NCBI GenBank assembly: GCA_044347345.1
Contig: JBIKUX010000035.1
Span: 1 to 16,483, forward strand
DNA from: Bdellovibrionota bacterium
Lineage (GTDB): Bacteria > Bdellovibrionota_C > UBA2361 > JBIKUX01
Length of the DNA stretch: 16,483 bases
Direction of reading: 5' to 3'
The notes under the pieces are model-generated. The model searched no databases, had not been told where the DNA came from, and saw nothing but the letters and a program-made list of their open reading frames with translations. Positions 7,832 through 16,483 of this stretch are shown one piece after another (position 1 is the stretch's first letter; every line of letters starts with the position of its first letter). The position numbers were made by a program, and so were the translations under genes.

Positions 7832-8320
7832 ATGACGATGGCCAAAAAAAGATTGGACTCTTACCGCAAGGAGGCCTCTCCAGATGAAGGAGGAGAACTA
7901 GTTGATGGGCCAGCCGCAGCAGCTAGGATCTTAAAAGCGATGGACGGTGCTCGCCAAAATAGACTGCTCGCAGCTATTAAAGAACGTGATCCGACACTCA
8001 GTAGTTCCATCGAAGGAAAACTTTTTTCACTTAATGAATTACTCGAACTACCACCAGCTCACATGGCTATTCTAATAGATACAATCGAAGAAAAAGATAT
8101 CCTTTTGTCAATGAAAACTAATCCAGCTAAGGTTACCGAACAATTACTCGCTGGCATGACAGAGCGAAGACGCTCACAAATAATGGCCGACTTTTCAATG
8201 CTGCCTCAGGTGAGAATTAGCGAAGTCACAAATGCTCAAAAAAGAATACTAAAAACCCTACAAGATCTAAAGCAACAGGGACGCCTCCCAACAAATCCTA
8301 AAAAAGATTTTTGGGTATAG
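7832..8320 (+). CDS. Stand-alone FliG C-terminal-domain protein
   Basis: 162 aa. DGPAAAARIL...DPTLSSSIEGKLFSLNEL...MTERRRSQIMAD...PQVRISEVTNAQKRIL...QQGRL aligns by eye to the FliG C-terminal half (GG..AA.IL...DPELAE.I...MFxFED...NMS.RA...GPVR..DVE.AQ..I...GEI). Confidence 0.75.
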   Translation: MTMAKKRLDSYRKEASPDEGGELVDGPAAAARILKAMDGARQNRLLAAIKERDPTLSSSIEGKLFSLNELLELPPAHMAILIDTIEEKDILLSMKTNPAKVTEQLLAGMTERRRSQIMADFSMLPQVRISEVTNAQKRILKTLQDLKQQGRLPTNPKKDFWV

Positions 8321-8340
8321 CTTCCGACTACTGGAAGCTA
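8318..8340. terminator. Perfect 8-bp hairpin between convergent genes
   Basis: tagcttcc-gactact-ggaagcta, overlapping the FliG-like stop codon. There is no U-tract on either strand, so a terminator role is uncertain. Confidence 0.35.
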
Positions 8341-8416
8341 CTCGCATCTCTACCCTACGCTATGCACTACAGACTCTACACATCGACAATTTTCCGGTGT
8401 AAATAAACTGGACAAA

Positions 8417-8440
8417 CTATCTTATAAGCTATCTTATAAG
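8417..8440. repeat. Perfect 12-bp tandem duplication of the last four codons of sucD (L-I-R-stop)
   Basis: ctatcttataag ctatcttataag. Confidence 0.9.
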
Positions 8441-9298
8441 TCCATACATAGCTTCACCAATCATCCCAGGGCTTTTGCTAATAGTAACTCCAGCTTCCTC
8501 GAGAGCAGCATACTTACCAGCCGCAGTACCCTCAGCTCCGCTAATAATAGCACCAGCGTGACCCATACGACGCCCAGGTGGTGCACTCGCACCGGCGATA
8601 AAACTCACCACAGGCTTCTTCATATTGGATTTAATCCAAGCGGCGGCCTCTTCCTCGGCGCTACCTCCAATCTCACCAATCATAACAACGGCTTCAGTAG
8701 CAGGATCTGCATTAAATAGAGAAAGAACATCAATAAAATTTGTGCCGTTTAAAGGGTCTCCACCTATACCCACACAGGTTGATTGACCTAAACCTTTCTC
8801 TGAAAGTTGAAAAACCGCCTCATAAGTAAGGGTTCCACTCCTTGATACCACACCCACAGAACCCGGCGTATGAATATGCCCTGGCATAATTCCTATTTTT
8901 GCCTCGCCTGGAGTTATTACACCGGGGCAATTAGGGCCTATTAAACGAGTACGCTTTCCTCTCATGTAGGTACTTACTCGGAGCATATCTAATACGGGTA
9001 TGCCCTCGGTTATACAAATTACTAAATCTAAATCGGCATCTACTGCCTCAATTATAGCCTCAGCAGCTCCTGAAGCTGGAACATAAATTACACTAACGTT
9101 AGCTCCAGTCTCAACCTTAGCTTCATAAACCGTATCAAATAAAGGGATACCCTCAAAGTTCTGCCCGCCCTTCCCCGGACCAACACCGGCTACCATCTTA
9201 GTACCGTAATCTCGGCACGCTCGAGTATGAAATGACCCAGTTTTACCTGTCATACCCTGCGTAACAACGCGCGTTTCTTTCCCTACTAAAACAGCCAT
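8429..9298 (-). CDS. sucD: Succinyl-CoA synthetase alpha subunit
   Basis: [40 protein letters not shown], and the phospho-His motif RMGHAGA. Confidence 0.98.
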   Translation of the reverse strand: MAVLVGKETRVVTQGMTGKTGSFHTRACRDYGTKMVAGVGPGKGGQNFEGIPLFDTVYEAKVETGANVSVIYVPASGAAEAIIEAVDADLDLVICITEGIPVLDMLRVSTYMRGKRTRLIGPNCPGVITPGEAKIGIMPGHIHTPGSVGVVSRSGTLTYEAVFQLSEKGLGQSTCVGIGGDPLNGTNFIDVLSLFNADPATEAVVMIGEIGGSAEEEAAAWIKSNMKKPVVSFIAGASAPPGRRMGHAGAIISGAEGTAAGKYAALEEAGVTISKSPGMIGEAMYGLIR

Positions 9299-9399
9299 GA
9301 TAAAAACTTCCTAAATTTCACAGTTTATCAACCTTACCTCTAAATAGCGTCTCTCTATACAACCTATTCAAGTACCTCTTTACATACTACACAGGCTCG

Positions 9400-10557
9400 C
9401 TAGACAGCTTTTACCACCTTAGCTGCCGCATCATCTATGGTATCAGCCGGAGTAATAGCAAGCCCTGAGTCAGCAAGAAGCTTCTTTCCAAGATCTACGT
9501 TCGTGCCCTGCAACCTCACAACCAGCGGAATCGTAACTCCTAACTCTTTAGCTGCCGCAATTATACCCTCAGCAATCACATCGCATCGCATAATTCCGCC
9601 AAAAATATTAACTAAAATTGCCTTAACGGAACTATCAGAAAGTAGTATCTTAAATGCCTCTGTAACAGTATCTTTCGATGCACCCCCACCAACATCTAAA
9701 AAGTTAGCAGGTCGCCCACCATACTGACTAATTATATCCATTGTAGCCATTGCTAATCCAGCACCATTAACAAGGCACCCGATATTGCCGTCTAAAGCAA
9801 CGTAGCTCAAACCAAAAGCAGCAGCCCTTATATCCTTAGGGTCGTTTTCATCATAGTCGAGCATTGATTGTAATCGCGTCTGTCGGTACAAAGCATTATC
9901 ATCAACGGAACACTTTGCATCCAGAACTACGAAATTACCTTCCTTAGTAAGAACCAATGGATTTACTTCTAAGAGAGCCAAATCATTTGCAACGAATGAA
10001 CTATACAATTGCTCAAGAAGAATATGCAGAGACTTGAAGTGATTAAAAGGAAGCCCAAATATTTTCAACACTCTCAAAGAGTGATAACCCAGTAAGCCAG
10101 TCGAATAATCTACGGGCAGAGTAAGTATTTTCTCAGGACTGTGCTCGGCTACTTCCTCAATTTCAGTTCCACCTTCGGCTGAAGCAACTATGGAAATCGA
10201 CTTACGGGAGCGATCTACTAAAAAACTTAGATAAAACTCCTTATCGATATTACAACCAGCTTCAACATAAACCTTGTGAACCTTCTTTCCCTTCTCTCCG
10301 GTTTGCGGAGTAACTAGAGTCATACCAAGGATTTTCTCACCGTAGAGTCTAGCTTCAACAGGATTTTTTGCTACCTTAACCCCACCGGCCTTGCCTCGAC
10401 CACCAGCATGAACTTGCGCTTTAACAACGCAAACGCCACCGCCCAACTGATTAGCAGCGGCTTCAACTTCCCCTGGAGTGTAACAAACAATACCAGGTAA
10501 AATCGGGACTCCAACTGCCTGCAATATTAGTTTTGCTTGAAACTCATGAATATTCAT
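9400..10557 (-). CDS. sucC: Succinyl-CoA synthetase beta subunit
   Basis: MNIHEFQAK, VKAQVHAGGRGKAGG, EVNPL, NGAGLAMATMD, PANFLDVGGGA, NIFGGIMRCD. Confidence 0.98.
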   Translation of the reverse strand: MNIHEFQAKLILQAVGVPILPGIVCYTPGEVEAAANQLGGGVCVVKAQVHAGGRGKAGGVKVAKNPVEARLYGEKILGMTLVTPQTGEKGKKVHKVYVEAGCNIDKEFYLSFLVDRSRKSISIVASAEGGTEIEEVAEHSPEKILTLPVDYSTGLLGYHSLRVLKIFGLPFNHFKSLHILLEQLYSSFVANDLALLEVNPLVLTKEGNFVVLDAKCSVDDNALYRQTRLQSMLDYDENDPKDIRAAAFGLSYVALDGNIGCLVNGAGLAMATMDIISQYGGRPANFLDVGGGASKDTVTEAFKILLSDSSVKAILVNIFGGIMRCDVIAEGIIAAAKELGVTIPLVVRLQGTNVDLGKKLLADSGLAITPADTIDDAAAKVVKAV

Positions 10558-10569
10558 TATTATTTTTCC

Positions 10570-11400
10570 CTACTGCGCTTTCATCCGATCACGAATTCCC
10601 ATTTTTGCCTTACCACCAATAGTAGCTTTCCAAAAATCTCGATAAAGCTGACCAATGTAAGCAATGCTTATCGACTTAGGACAGGCCTCTTGGCATTCAC
10701 CATGATTTGTACAGTGTCCGAAAGCCTCGCCCTCCATCGCATTTACCATTGAAACTGCACGAGTGGCACGCTCTGGCTGACCCTGCGGAAGATACGAAAG
10801 ATGAGCCGCTTTGGCTGCGGTAAATAACATTGCAGATCCATTGGGGCAAGCAGCCACACATGCCCCACATCCTATGCATGCGGCAGCATCGAAAGCTCGG
10901 TCAGCATCAGCCTTCTCGATAGGCAAAGAATTTGCGTCTTGAGCAGCTCCAGTATTAACTGATACAAATCCACCGGCTTGCATAATACGATCAAAAGCCG
11001 ATCTATCACACACCAAATCTTTAATGATGGGAAATGCCTTTGACCTCCAAGGCTCTACATATATTACCTCACCGTCCTTAAAAGACCTCATATGCAACTG
11101 ACAAGTAGTAACTCGAGCTTTTGGCCCATGAGCATGGCCGTTAATCATCATAGCACAGGAACCACAGATACCCTCACGGCAATCATGCTCAAAAGCAATA
11201 GGCTCCTCTCCCTTAACAATTAATTGCTCATTAAGGACATCAAGCATCTCAAGAAAAGAAGAGTCTGGAGACACGTTATCCAATTCATACTTCTTAAATA
11301 CTCCTTCTTGTTGCGGAGAACTTTGCCGCCAAACGAAAAGAGTAACTCTGATTGAAGAATTTATCCCATTCTTTGAAGATTGACCGAGATTCTCACCCAT
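10570..11400 (-). CDS. sdhB: Succinate dehydrogenase/fumarate reductase iron-sulfur subunit
   Basis: CREGICGSC...TTC [2Fe-2S], CIGCGACVAACP and CTNHGECQEACP ferredoxin-type motifs; operon context. Confidence 0.96.
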   Translation of the reverse strand: MGENLGQSSKNGINSSIRVTLFVWRQSSPQQEGVFKKYELDNVSPDSSFLEMLDVLNEQLIVKGEEPIAFEHDCREGICGSCAMMINGHAHGPKARVTTCQLHMRSFKDGEVIYVEPWRSKAFPIIKDLVCDRSAFDRIMQAGGFVSVNTGAAQDANSLPIEKADADRAFDAAACIGCGACVAACPNGSAMLFTAAKAAHLSYLPQGQPERATRAVSMVNAMEGEAFGHCTNHGECQEACPKSISIAYIGQLYRDFWKATIGGKAKMGIRDRMKAQ

Positions 11401-11488
11401 GATGGGTCCCCTACCTTATAAAATTCACCAGCTACTCTAAACTTCTACCTAAAGCGTCACTTCACAAACCACGTCACGCATCAAATTA

Positions 11489-13402
11489 TCACTTATAACT
11501 ACGTTGAGTAAGAGAAACACTCTCATAATTTAAATATTCTCGCGTAAGATTAAACGAATCAGGCGACCCGTTTCTACTCCAAGCAGAAACATAACAAAAA
11601 TTTTCGTCGTTCCTAAGAGCCTCTCCTTCAGATGTCTGATACTCCTCCCTGAAATGCCCACCACACGATTCGTCTCGTTGCAAAGCATCAACACACATTA
11701 GTTTGGCAAATTCCAGAAAGTCTTGAACTCGGCCAGCCTGTTCTAACGGCTGATTCAATGTACCACCACTTCCAGGAACAATCAGGTTGTTGTTAAATTC
11801 CTCCGTTATCGCACCAATAGTATTCAGAGCTTGCTCAAGCCCAGACTTAGTTCTGGACATGCCGCAAGCATCCCACATCAATCTACCTAACTGTCGATGA
11901 AAAGACTCAGGGCTGCGACGACCTTTTGCAGAAACAAGTTTACGAATATTACTATCTACATCTTTTTCAACTGCGGTAAAAACTGCATGTTGGTCATCAA
12001 TACCACCTGCTGGCACTGAAGCTAAGTAATTTCCCAATGTATATGGGATAACAAAATAACCGTCAGCAAGGCCCTGCATTAACGCGCTAGCTCCTAAACG
12101 ATTAGCACCATGATCTGAGAAATTAGCCTCACCGAGAGCAAACAACCCCGGAATAGTTGTCATGAGATTGTAATCTACCCATAAGCCACCCATTGTGTAA
12201 TGAGGAGCTGGATAAATCCTCATTGGAGACTTATAGGGGTTCTCACCAGTAATCTGCTCGTATATCTCAAATAGATTACCGTATCGGTCGGCTATAGTTT
12301 TCTCACCTAACTCTCTAATTCTGTCGCGAAAATCAAGATAAACTCCCAAGCCAGAACTACCGACCCCTCGACCAGAGTCACATACCTCCTTAGCCGCTCG
12401 CGAAGCTATATCTCTAGGAGCTAAATTTCCGTAAGAAGGATATTTTCTCTCTAAAAAGTAATCTCTTTCTTTTTCAGGAATACTCTCTGGAGGGCGATTA
12501 TCCCGAGGCGTTACCGGTACCCATATACGACCATCATTTCGAAGAGACTCACTCATCAAAGTTAACTTAGATTGATGATCTCCGGCTACCGGAATACACG
12601 TTGGATGAATTTGCGTGTAACATGGATTAGCAAAAGCCGCACCCCGCTTAAATGCTCTAAAAGTGGCTGTAACATTACAAGCCTTTGCATTTGTCGATAA
12701 GAAAAAAACATTTGAGTATCCACCGGTAGCAAGAAGAACAGCGTCCGCAGCATATCTTTCAAGCTTACCGGTACGCAGGTCACGCGCTATTACTCCTCGG
12801 GCACGTCCGTCAATTATCACAAGATCTAGCATCTCTTTTCGAGATAACACTGTTACTTTCCCGAGCGATGCCTGCCTTTCAAGAGCTTGATAAGCACCAA
12901 TCAGGAGCTGTTGCCCTGTTTGACCCTTAGCATAAAAAGTACGAGATACTTGGGCTCCTCCGAAGGATCTATTGGACAACAAACCTCCATATTCACGAGC
13001 AAAAGGAACTCCTTGAGCAACACATTGGTCAATGATATTACCGCTGACTTCAGCTAATCTATAGACATTAGCCTCTCTAGCTCGAAAATCTCCACCCTTG
13101 ATTGTGTCGTAAAAAAGTCTAAAGGTACTGTCACCATCATTTTGATAATTTTTTGCAGCATTGATACCTCCTTGAGCAGCAATACTGTGCGCCCTTCGAG
13201 GTGAATCATGAAAAGTTAAGGCTAGTACCTGATATCCTAGCTCACCTAAAGTTGCAGCCGCAGAGGCACCCGCAAGACCAGTACCCACCACAATAACTTT
13301 ATACTTTCTCTTGTTATTTGGGCTTAAGAGACGAATCTCTTTAAGATGGCGGCTCCACTTCTGCTCGAGCGGCCCGACGGGAATGTTCGCATTTAGATCC
13401 AT
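11489..13402 (-). CDS. sdhA: Succinate dehydrogenase/fumarate reductase flavoprotein subunit
   Basis: FAD motif VVGTGLAG, covalent-FAD His in [46 protein letters not shown]. Confidence 0.97.
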   Translation of the reverse strand: MDLNANIPVGPLEQKWSRHLKEIRLLSPNNKRKYKVIVVGTGLAGASAAATLGELGYQVLALTFHDSPRRAHSIAAQGGINAAKNYQNDGDSTFRLFYDTIKGGDFRAREANVYRLAEVSGNIIDQCVAQGVPFAREYGGLLSNRSFGGAQVSRTFYAKGQTGQQLLIGAYQALERQASLGKVTVLSRKEMLDLVIIDGRARGVIARDLRTGKLERYAADAVLLATGGYSNVFFLSTNAKACNVTATFRAFKRGAAFANPCYTQIHPTCIPVAGDHQSKLTLMSESLRNDGRIWVPVTPRDNRPPESIPEKERDYFLERKYPSYGNLAPRDIASRAAKEVCDSGRGVGSSGLGVYLDFRDRIRELGEKTIADRYGNLFEIYEQITGENPYKSPMRIYPAPHYTMGGLWVDYNLMTTIPGLFALGEANFSDHGANRLGASALMQGLADGYFVIPYTLGNYLASVPAGGIDDQHAVFTAVEKDVDSNIRKLVSAKGRRSPESFHRQLGRLMWDACGMSRTKSGLEQALNTIGAITEEFNNNLIVPGSGGTLNQPLEQAGRVQDFLEFAKLMCVDALQRDESCGGHFREEYQTSEGEALRNDENFCYVSAWSRNGSPDSFNLTREYLNYESVSLTQRSYK

Positions 13403-13528
13403 TAAGTCCTCTATCCTTCAAATGGAGAATTTTGCCTAAAACTCAATTTGCCATGCTCATAACTCTAAAACACCCGCAATTATACAAAACAACAGAATGT
13501 ACAATAGCGAAAAAGACCCTGAGAAACA

Positions 13529-14281
13529 CTACCCCGGGATACTGTCATCTTGAGTAACTGTCACCTTATGCTGAGCCAGCGGTGGCTCTAAAAACCCAAA
13601 AAATACTGCTAATGGAACAGACAGGAAAGTAATCCATAATCCCAAAGCCAGAAGCTTTGCTCCTTGTCGTAGAAAAGTATTCCACTGGGGAGAATCCATG
13701 CCAAGAGTCTGAAACATACTCCACGCCCCATGGTACAGATGCATCGCAATAGCAGTAAGAGCTACCACATAAATAAGAACTGCTTGCCATGAAGAAAAAC
13801 CGTTGTAGACATTGGCATAAACAGCTCCTTCCCGAAAGTTAGCAAAGTGGACTGTACCAGTTGTAAAATGGAGGATATGAAAGACAATAAATAGACTTAT
13901 TACCATTCCGCCGACTGCCATTGTCCTCGATGCAACTGTAGCAGACAGAAAACCTTGTCTATGGTACCCAACAGGTCGTGCCTGCTGCGACCTTCTAGTT
14001 AGTTGCATTGCGCAAGTAACATGAAGAATTACACATAATAAAAGGGCTATCCTGACGCCCCATAAAACTCGCGTTGGACCGGCTAAGTCACCTCCAAGCT
14101 GACGCAAAGCTTCTGCATATTTGTCGATATGGTAAATACCTGTACTAGTATCAACACCCTCAAAAAGTTTCAAGTTACCGGCAGCATGACCTATTAGAAA
14201 TCCTATTAAGACCATCCCCGTGACCGCCATGATTATTTTTTTCCCCACGGTCGAATGGAAGAAAACTATAAGGCTCTTCAT
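13529..14281 (-). CDS. sdhC: Succinate dehydrogenase cytochrome b558 subunit (single anchor, five TM helices, type B-like)
   Basis: STVGKKIIMAVTG, His-containing helices (GHAAGNL, LHVTCA, FHILHF, HLYHGAWSMFQTLG); immediately upstream of sdhA. The start is ATG 14281 or TTG 14287. Confidence 0.93.
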   Translation of the reverse strand: MKSLIVFFHSTVGKKIIMAVTGMVLIGFLIGHAAGNLKLFEGVDTSTGIYHIDKYAEALRQLGGDLAGPTRVLWGVRIALLLCVILHVTCAMQLTRRSQQARPVGYHRQGFLSATVASRTMAVGGMVISLFIVFHILHFTTGTVHFANFREGAVYANVYNGFSSWQAVLIYVVALTAIAMHLYHGAWSMFQTLGMDSPQWNTFLRQGAKLLALGLWITFLSVPLAVFFGFLEPPLAQHKVTVTQDDSIPG

Positions 14282-14320
14282 AACCAATAGCTCACTATTT
14301 TATGCTAAAAACTAATATGA

Positions 14321-15250
14321 CTAATTAAGCGTAGAAATTAACTCAGCTACCCGACTAGCACTAACTTTTAAAGCCTCTTGCTCATTAGATGAAAGCTCTA
14401 TTTCAAGTACTTTTTCTACTCCACCTTTTCCAAGTATTATCGGGACACCTAAATAAATCCCATGGATATTGTATTCACCATCTAAGTACGAAGCAGCTGG
14501 AAGAGCTCTACGCTGGTCAAATAGATAAGCTTCAACCATCTGTACTGCAGCCGCTGCGGGTGAATAATACGCTGAGCCAGTCTTTAATAAACTGACGACT
14601 TCACCGCCAGCACCGCGAACTCTTTGCTCGATTGCATCAAGCTGAGTAGCTTCCAGTAACTTACCTACAGGTATCCCGTTACAAGTGGTATAGGAGCGCA
14701 CCGGTACCATATCATCACCGTGACCACCGAGCACAAAGGCCGAAACCGACTGTACCGAAACATTTAGAGCTTCTGCTAAAAATGCCTGGTAGCGACCAGT
14801 ATCAAGCACTCCTGCCATACCTACTACCTTATTTTTGCTAAATCCTGTTACTTTGTACATCAAGTAAGCCATAGCATCAAGCGGATTAGTGATTACAATA
14901 ACAAAAGAGCTTGGAGCAAATTCCGCTATTTTCTCTCCCACACTTTGAATAATCTGAGCGTTAGTTTTAACTAAATCATCTCTAGACATACCAGGTTTTC
15001 TGGCAATTCCTGATGTTACGATGCAGACATCAGCGTCTTTAATATCTTGAATATCGTTTGTCCCGGTTACCAAAAAATCACATCCTAATATGGGAGCTAG
15101 ATGGGAGATATCTAAAGCTTTACCTTGGGGCATTCCCTCAACGACATCGTAAAGAACGACATCTCCAATGTTTCGCAATCCAATTAGTAGCGCCAAGGTA
15201 CCGCCAATATTACCGGCACCGATTAGAGCGATTTTTCGCCGTCTTATCAC
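14321..15250 (-). CDS. mdh: Malate dehydrogenase (LDH-like family)
   Basis: IGAGNIG, substrate loop ARKPGMSRDDL (MDH-type Arg), NPLD, GVLDTGR, GGHGD, GSAYYSPA. GTG start with AGAGGAG upstream. Confidence 0.97.
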   Translation of the reverse strand: MIRRRKIALIGAGNIGGTLALLIGLRNIGDVVLYDVVEGMPQGKALDISHLAPILGCDFLVTGTNDIQDIKDADVCIVTSGIARKPGMSRDDLVKTNAQIIQSVGEKIAEFAPSSFVIVITNPLDAMAYLMYKVTGFSKNKVVGMAGVLDTGRYQAFLAEALNVSVQSVSAFVLGGHGDDMVPVRSYTTCNGIPVGKLLEATQLDAIEQRVRGAGGEVVSLLKTGSAYYSPAAAAVQMVEAYLFDQRRALPAASYLDGEYNIHGIYLGVPIILGKGGVEKVLEIELSSNEQEALKVSASRVAELISTLN

Positions 15251-15399
15251 GATTTTTCTCCTCTAGTTTTTAGCTGCTCCTGTTTTAAGCTAGCCAAGGG
15301 GGCTTTAGTAAACACACACCGCTCTATAAAAAGAAACCCGGTAAAAAGCAACCTGGCAACGGCTGTTTATTACTAAGAAAGCTATGCTTTGTTTTTTAA

Positions 15400-15430
15400 A
15401 TTATAGTGTTCTTCTACTGGGGAAAGTTAA
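15400..15430 (-). promoter_or_regulatory. Possible sigma70 promoter of the mdh-sdh-suc operon
   Basis: Perfect TATAAT on the minus strand (15405-15400). The nearest -35-like TTAACT lies at a non-optimal 19-nt spacing. Confidence 0.3.
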
Positions 15431-15449
15431 CATTAAGCTAATCAGTTGC

Positions 15450-15469
15450 ACAGATTAAAACAGATTAAA
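15450..15469. repeat. Perfect 10-bp tandem duplication
   Basis: acagattaaa acagattaaa, 11 nt beyond the stop of the 15481 ORF. Confidence 0.75.
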
Positions 15470-15480
15470 TAAGCTGAAAT

Positions 15481-15906
15481 TTACCAAATTTTTCTATCGG
15501 TCTTACCCTCTTTACGTGAATTTGCATAGGCATGGAAAGGAAAAGTCCAAAGATGATAGCGCTCGCCAAACAGTTCCAAGATTAACTTCTCTTGGTAGGT
15601 AAGCCATACCTCTGCCTCATTACCCTCGTGATTTACGCGCAGTTCTGAGAACGGAGCAGGAATTCTATTTTCTAACATTTTCATCTTAAGCTGACTAATC
15701 ATCTTCTCTCGGTCAGTTCTCTCAACAGACTGAACAACGGAAACCATCTCGTTTTGTAAATCAGAGTAAGCGTAATAAAACTCTCCTATTTTTAGTCCCA
15801 AGGTCACAACGAAGTAACCAATGACAAGAAAAACTAAAAGAGTTATTTTTGAAGCACCACAAATGCTTTTTCGTGCCAATGGAGAGCCTCTTCTCAATGA
15901 AATCAT
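15481..15906 (-). CDS. DUF4845-like / pilin-like single-pass membrane protein
   Basis: Basic leader, then G-A-S-K-I-T and a hydrophobic helix (ARKSICG|ASKITLLVFLVIGYFVVTLGLKIGEFYY), an amphipathic helix, and a C-terminal VWLTYQEKLILELFG...TFPF beta segment, recalled as DUF4845-like. The start is uncertain: ATG 15906 chosen; 15960 or 15987 are possible. Confidence 0.55.
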   Translation of the reverse strand: MISLRRGSPLARKSICGASKITLLVFLVIGYFVVTLGLKIGEFYYAYSDLQNEMVSVVQSVERTDREKMISQLKMKMLENRIPAPFSELRVNHEGNEAEVWLTYQEKLILELFGERYHLWTFPFHAYANSRKEGKTDRKIW

Positions 15907-15970
15907 TTGAGCTTGAGAATATCCGCTTAAGCCAAAAAGCAATGGTAGAATTTTAGTCATTATCCGTACT

Positions 15971-16324
15971 ATGCAACGTTTACTCATCGCATTACTTTTA
16001 TTTATCGTTGGTACAGGTAATATCGTCTTTGGCTTGGTAAAACTCGAGGAGTATCAGATTTTAGCATTAATGCCCCCAAATATAGTTAATAATTCAAAGT
16101 TATTAAAATCATTTAAAGAACCTACCACCATCTACCCTCAATCGGCTCCGTCACCTGCCAAAGCATCATTCAACGAGCATTCAAAGGAAAAAACTTTAGC
16201 CAAACTTTCTCCTAAGCATGAGAATCGTCTGCAATTTTATCGTCTGACAGTAATCACAGGATGTGGTCTGCTAATTTCTAGTATGCTAATCCAATGCTAT
16301 TGGTGGTACCGTGCAAAAAAGTAA
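15971..16324 (+). CDS. Hypothetical membrane protein with two TM helices flanking a P/S/K-rich loop
   Basis: 117 aa; N-terminal LLIALLLFIVGTGNIVFGLV and C-terminal LTVITGCGLLISSMLIQCYWWY followed by RAKK (positive-inside). Confidence 0.65.
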   Translation: MQRLLIALLLFIVGTGNIVFGLVKLEEYQILALMPPNIVNNSKLLKSFKEPTTIYPQSAPSPAKASFNEHSKEKTLAKLSPKHENRLQFYRLTVITGCGLLISSMLIQCYWWYRAKK

Positions 16325-16356
16325 TGAAGCGTACCTCACATCAGCCATAAAGGAAT

Positions 16357-16483
16357 TGCCCTGCCCCCCTGTAATAGCTACGTGATGATGTATAGTCCTC
16401 TTTAACAGGAGGACGAGATGAGAAAGCGATTTACGGAGGATCAGATAGTGAGGATTCTCCAGGAAGCGGCTGCTGGCGGCAAA
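16357..16483 (+). mobile_element. IS3-family insertion sequence (IS407-group-like), left end, truncated by the window edge
   Basis: Begins 5'-TGCCCTGCCCCCCTGTAATAG, resembling the TGACCTGCCCCC left IR of IS407-group elements as I recall it, followed by a GGAGG SD and orfA. Confidence 0.85.
16418..16483 (+). CDS. IS3-family transposase OrfA (HTH), N-terminal 22 codons
   Basis: Hand translation MRKRFTEDQIVRILQEAAAGGK matches the MKKRFTEEQII.IL.EAEAG pattern of IS3/IS407 OrfA. Confidence 0.9.
   Translation, partial: MRKRFTEDQIVRILQEAAAGGK

Noticed and set aside
6697-7845. Minus-strand ORFs 6697..6951 and 7462..7845
   Set aside because: Antisense to the well-supported ftcd gene.
11395-11407. 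Small palindrome acccat-g-atgggt over the sdhB start codon
   Set aside because: Only a 5-bp stem with a 3-nt loop, too weak to call regulatory.
9437-15273. Short ORFs overlapping sucC, sdhB, sdhA, sdhC and mdh
   Set aside because: Shadow or alternate-frame ORFs within conserved TCA genes, with no independent support.

Overview
Bacterial chromosomal window (roughly 40% GC by eye), mostly housekeeping genes. The gene set is compatible with a deltaproteobacteria-like or Bdellovibrionota-like lineage, but this is inference only. From left to right: the 5' part of a secreted protein gene running off the window (-), an orphan low-complexity membrane-anchored ORF (+), a degenerate HDOD-domain protein (-), clpB (-), a UPF0200/CoaE-like P-loop kinase (-), a CAT-anticodon tRNA (-) followed by tandem copies of its own 3' end, a stand-alone glutamate formimidoyltransferase (+), a stand-alone FliG C-terminal-domain protein (+), a TCA operon mdh-sdhC-sdhA-sdhB-sucC-sucD (-), a DUF4845/pilin-like protein (-), a small two-TM protein (+), and the left end of an IS3-family (IS407-group-like) element at the window edge. 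I see no CRISPR array, defence island or clearly new multi-gene system. The most interesting signals are non-coding: (1) a strand-specific 15-bp G-U-rich hairpin that buries the clpB start codon and part of its SD, a candidate RNA thermometer; (2) a 17-bp tandem array rebuilding the tRNA 3' end; (3) recurrent short tandem duplications located at gene starts and ends.
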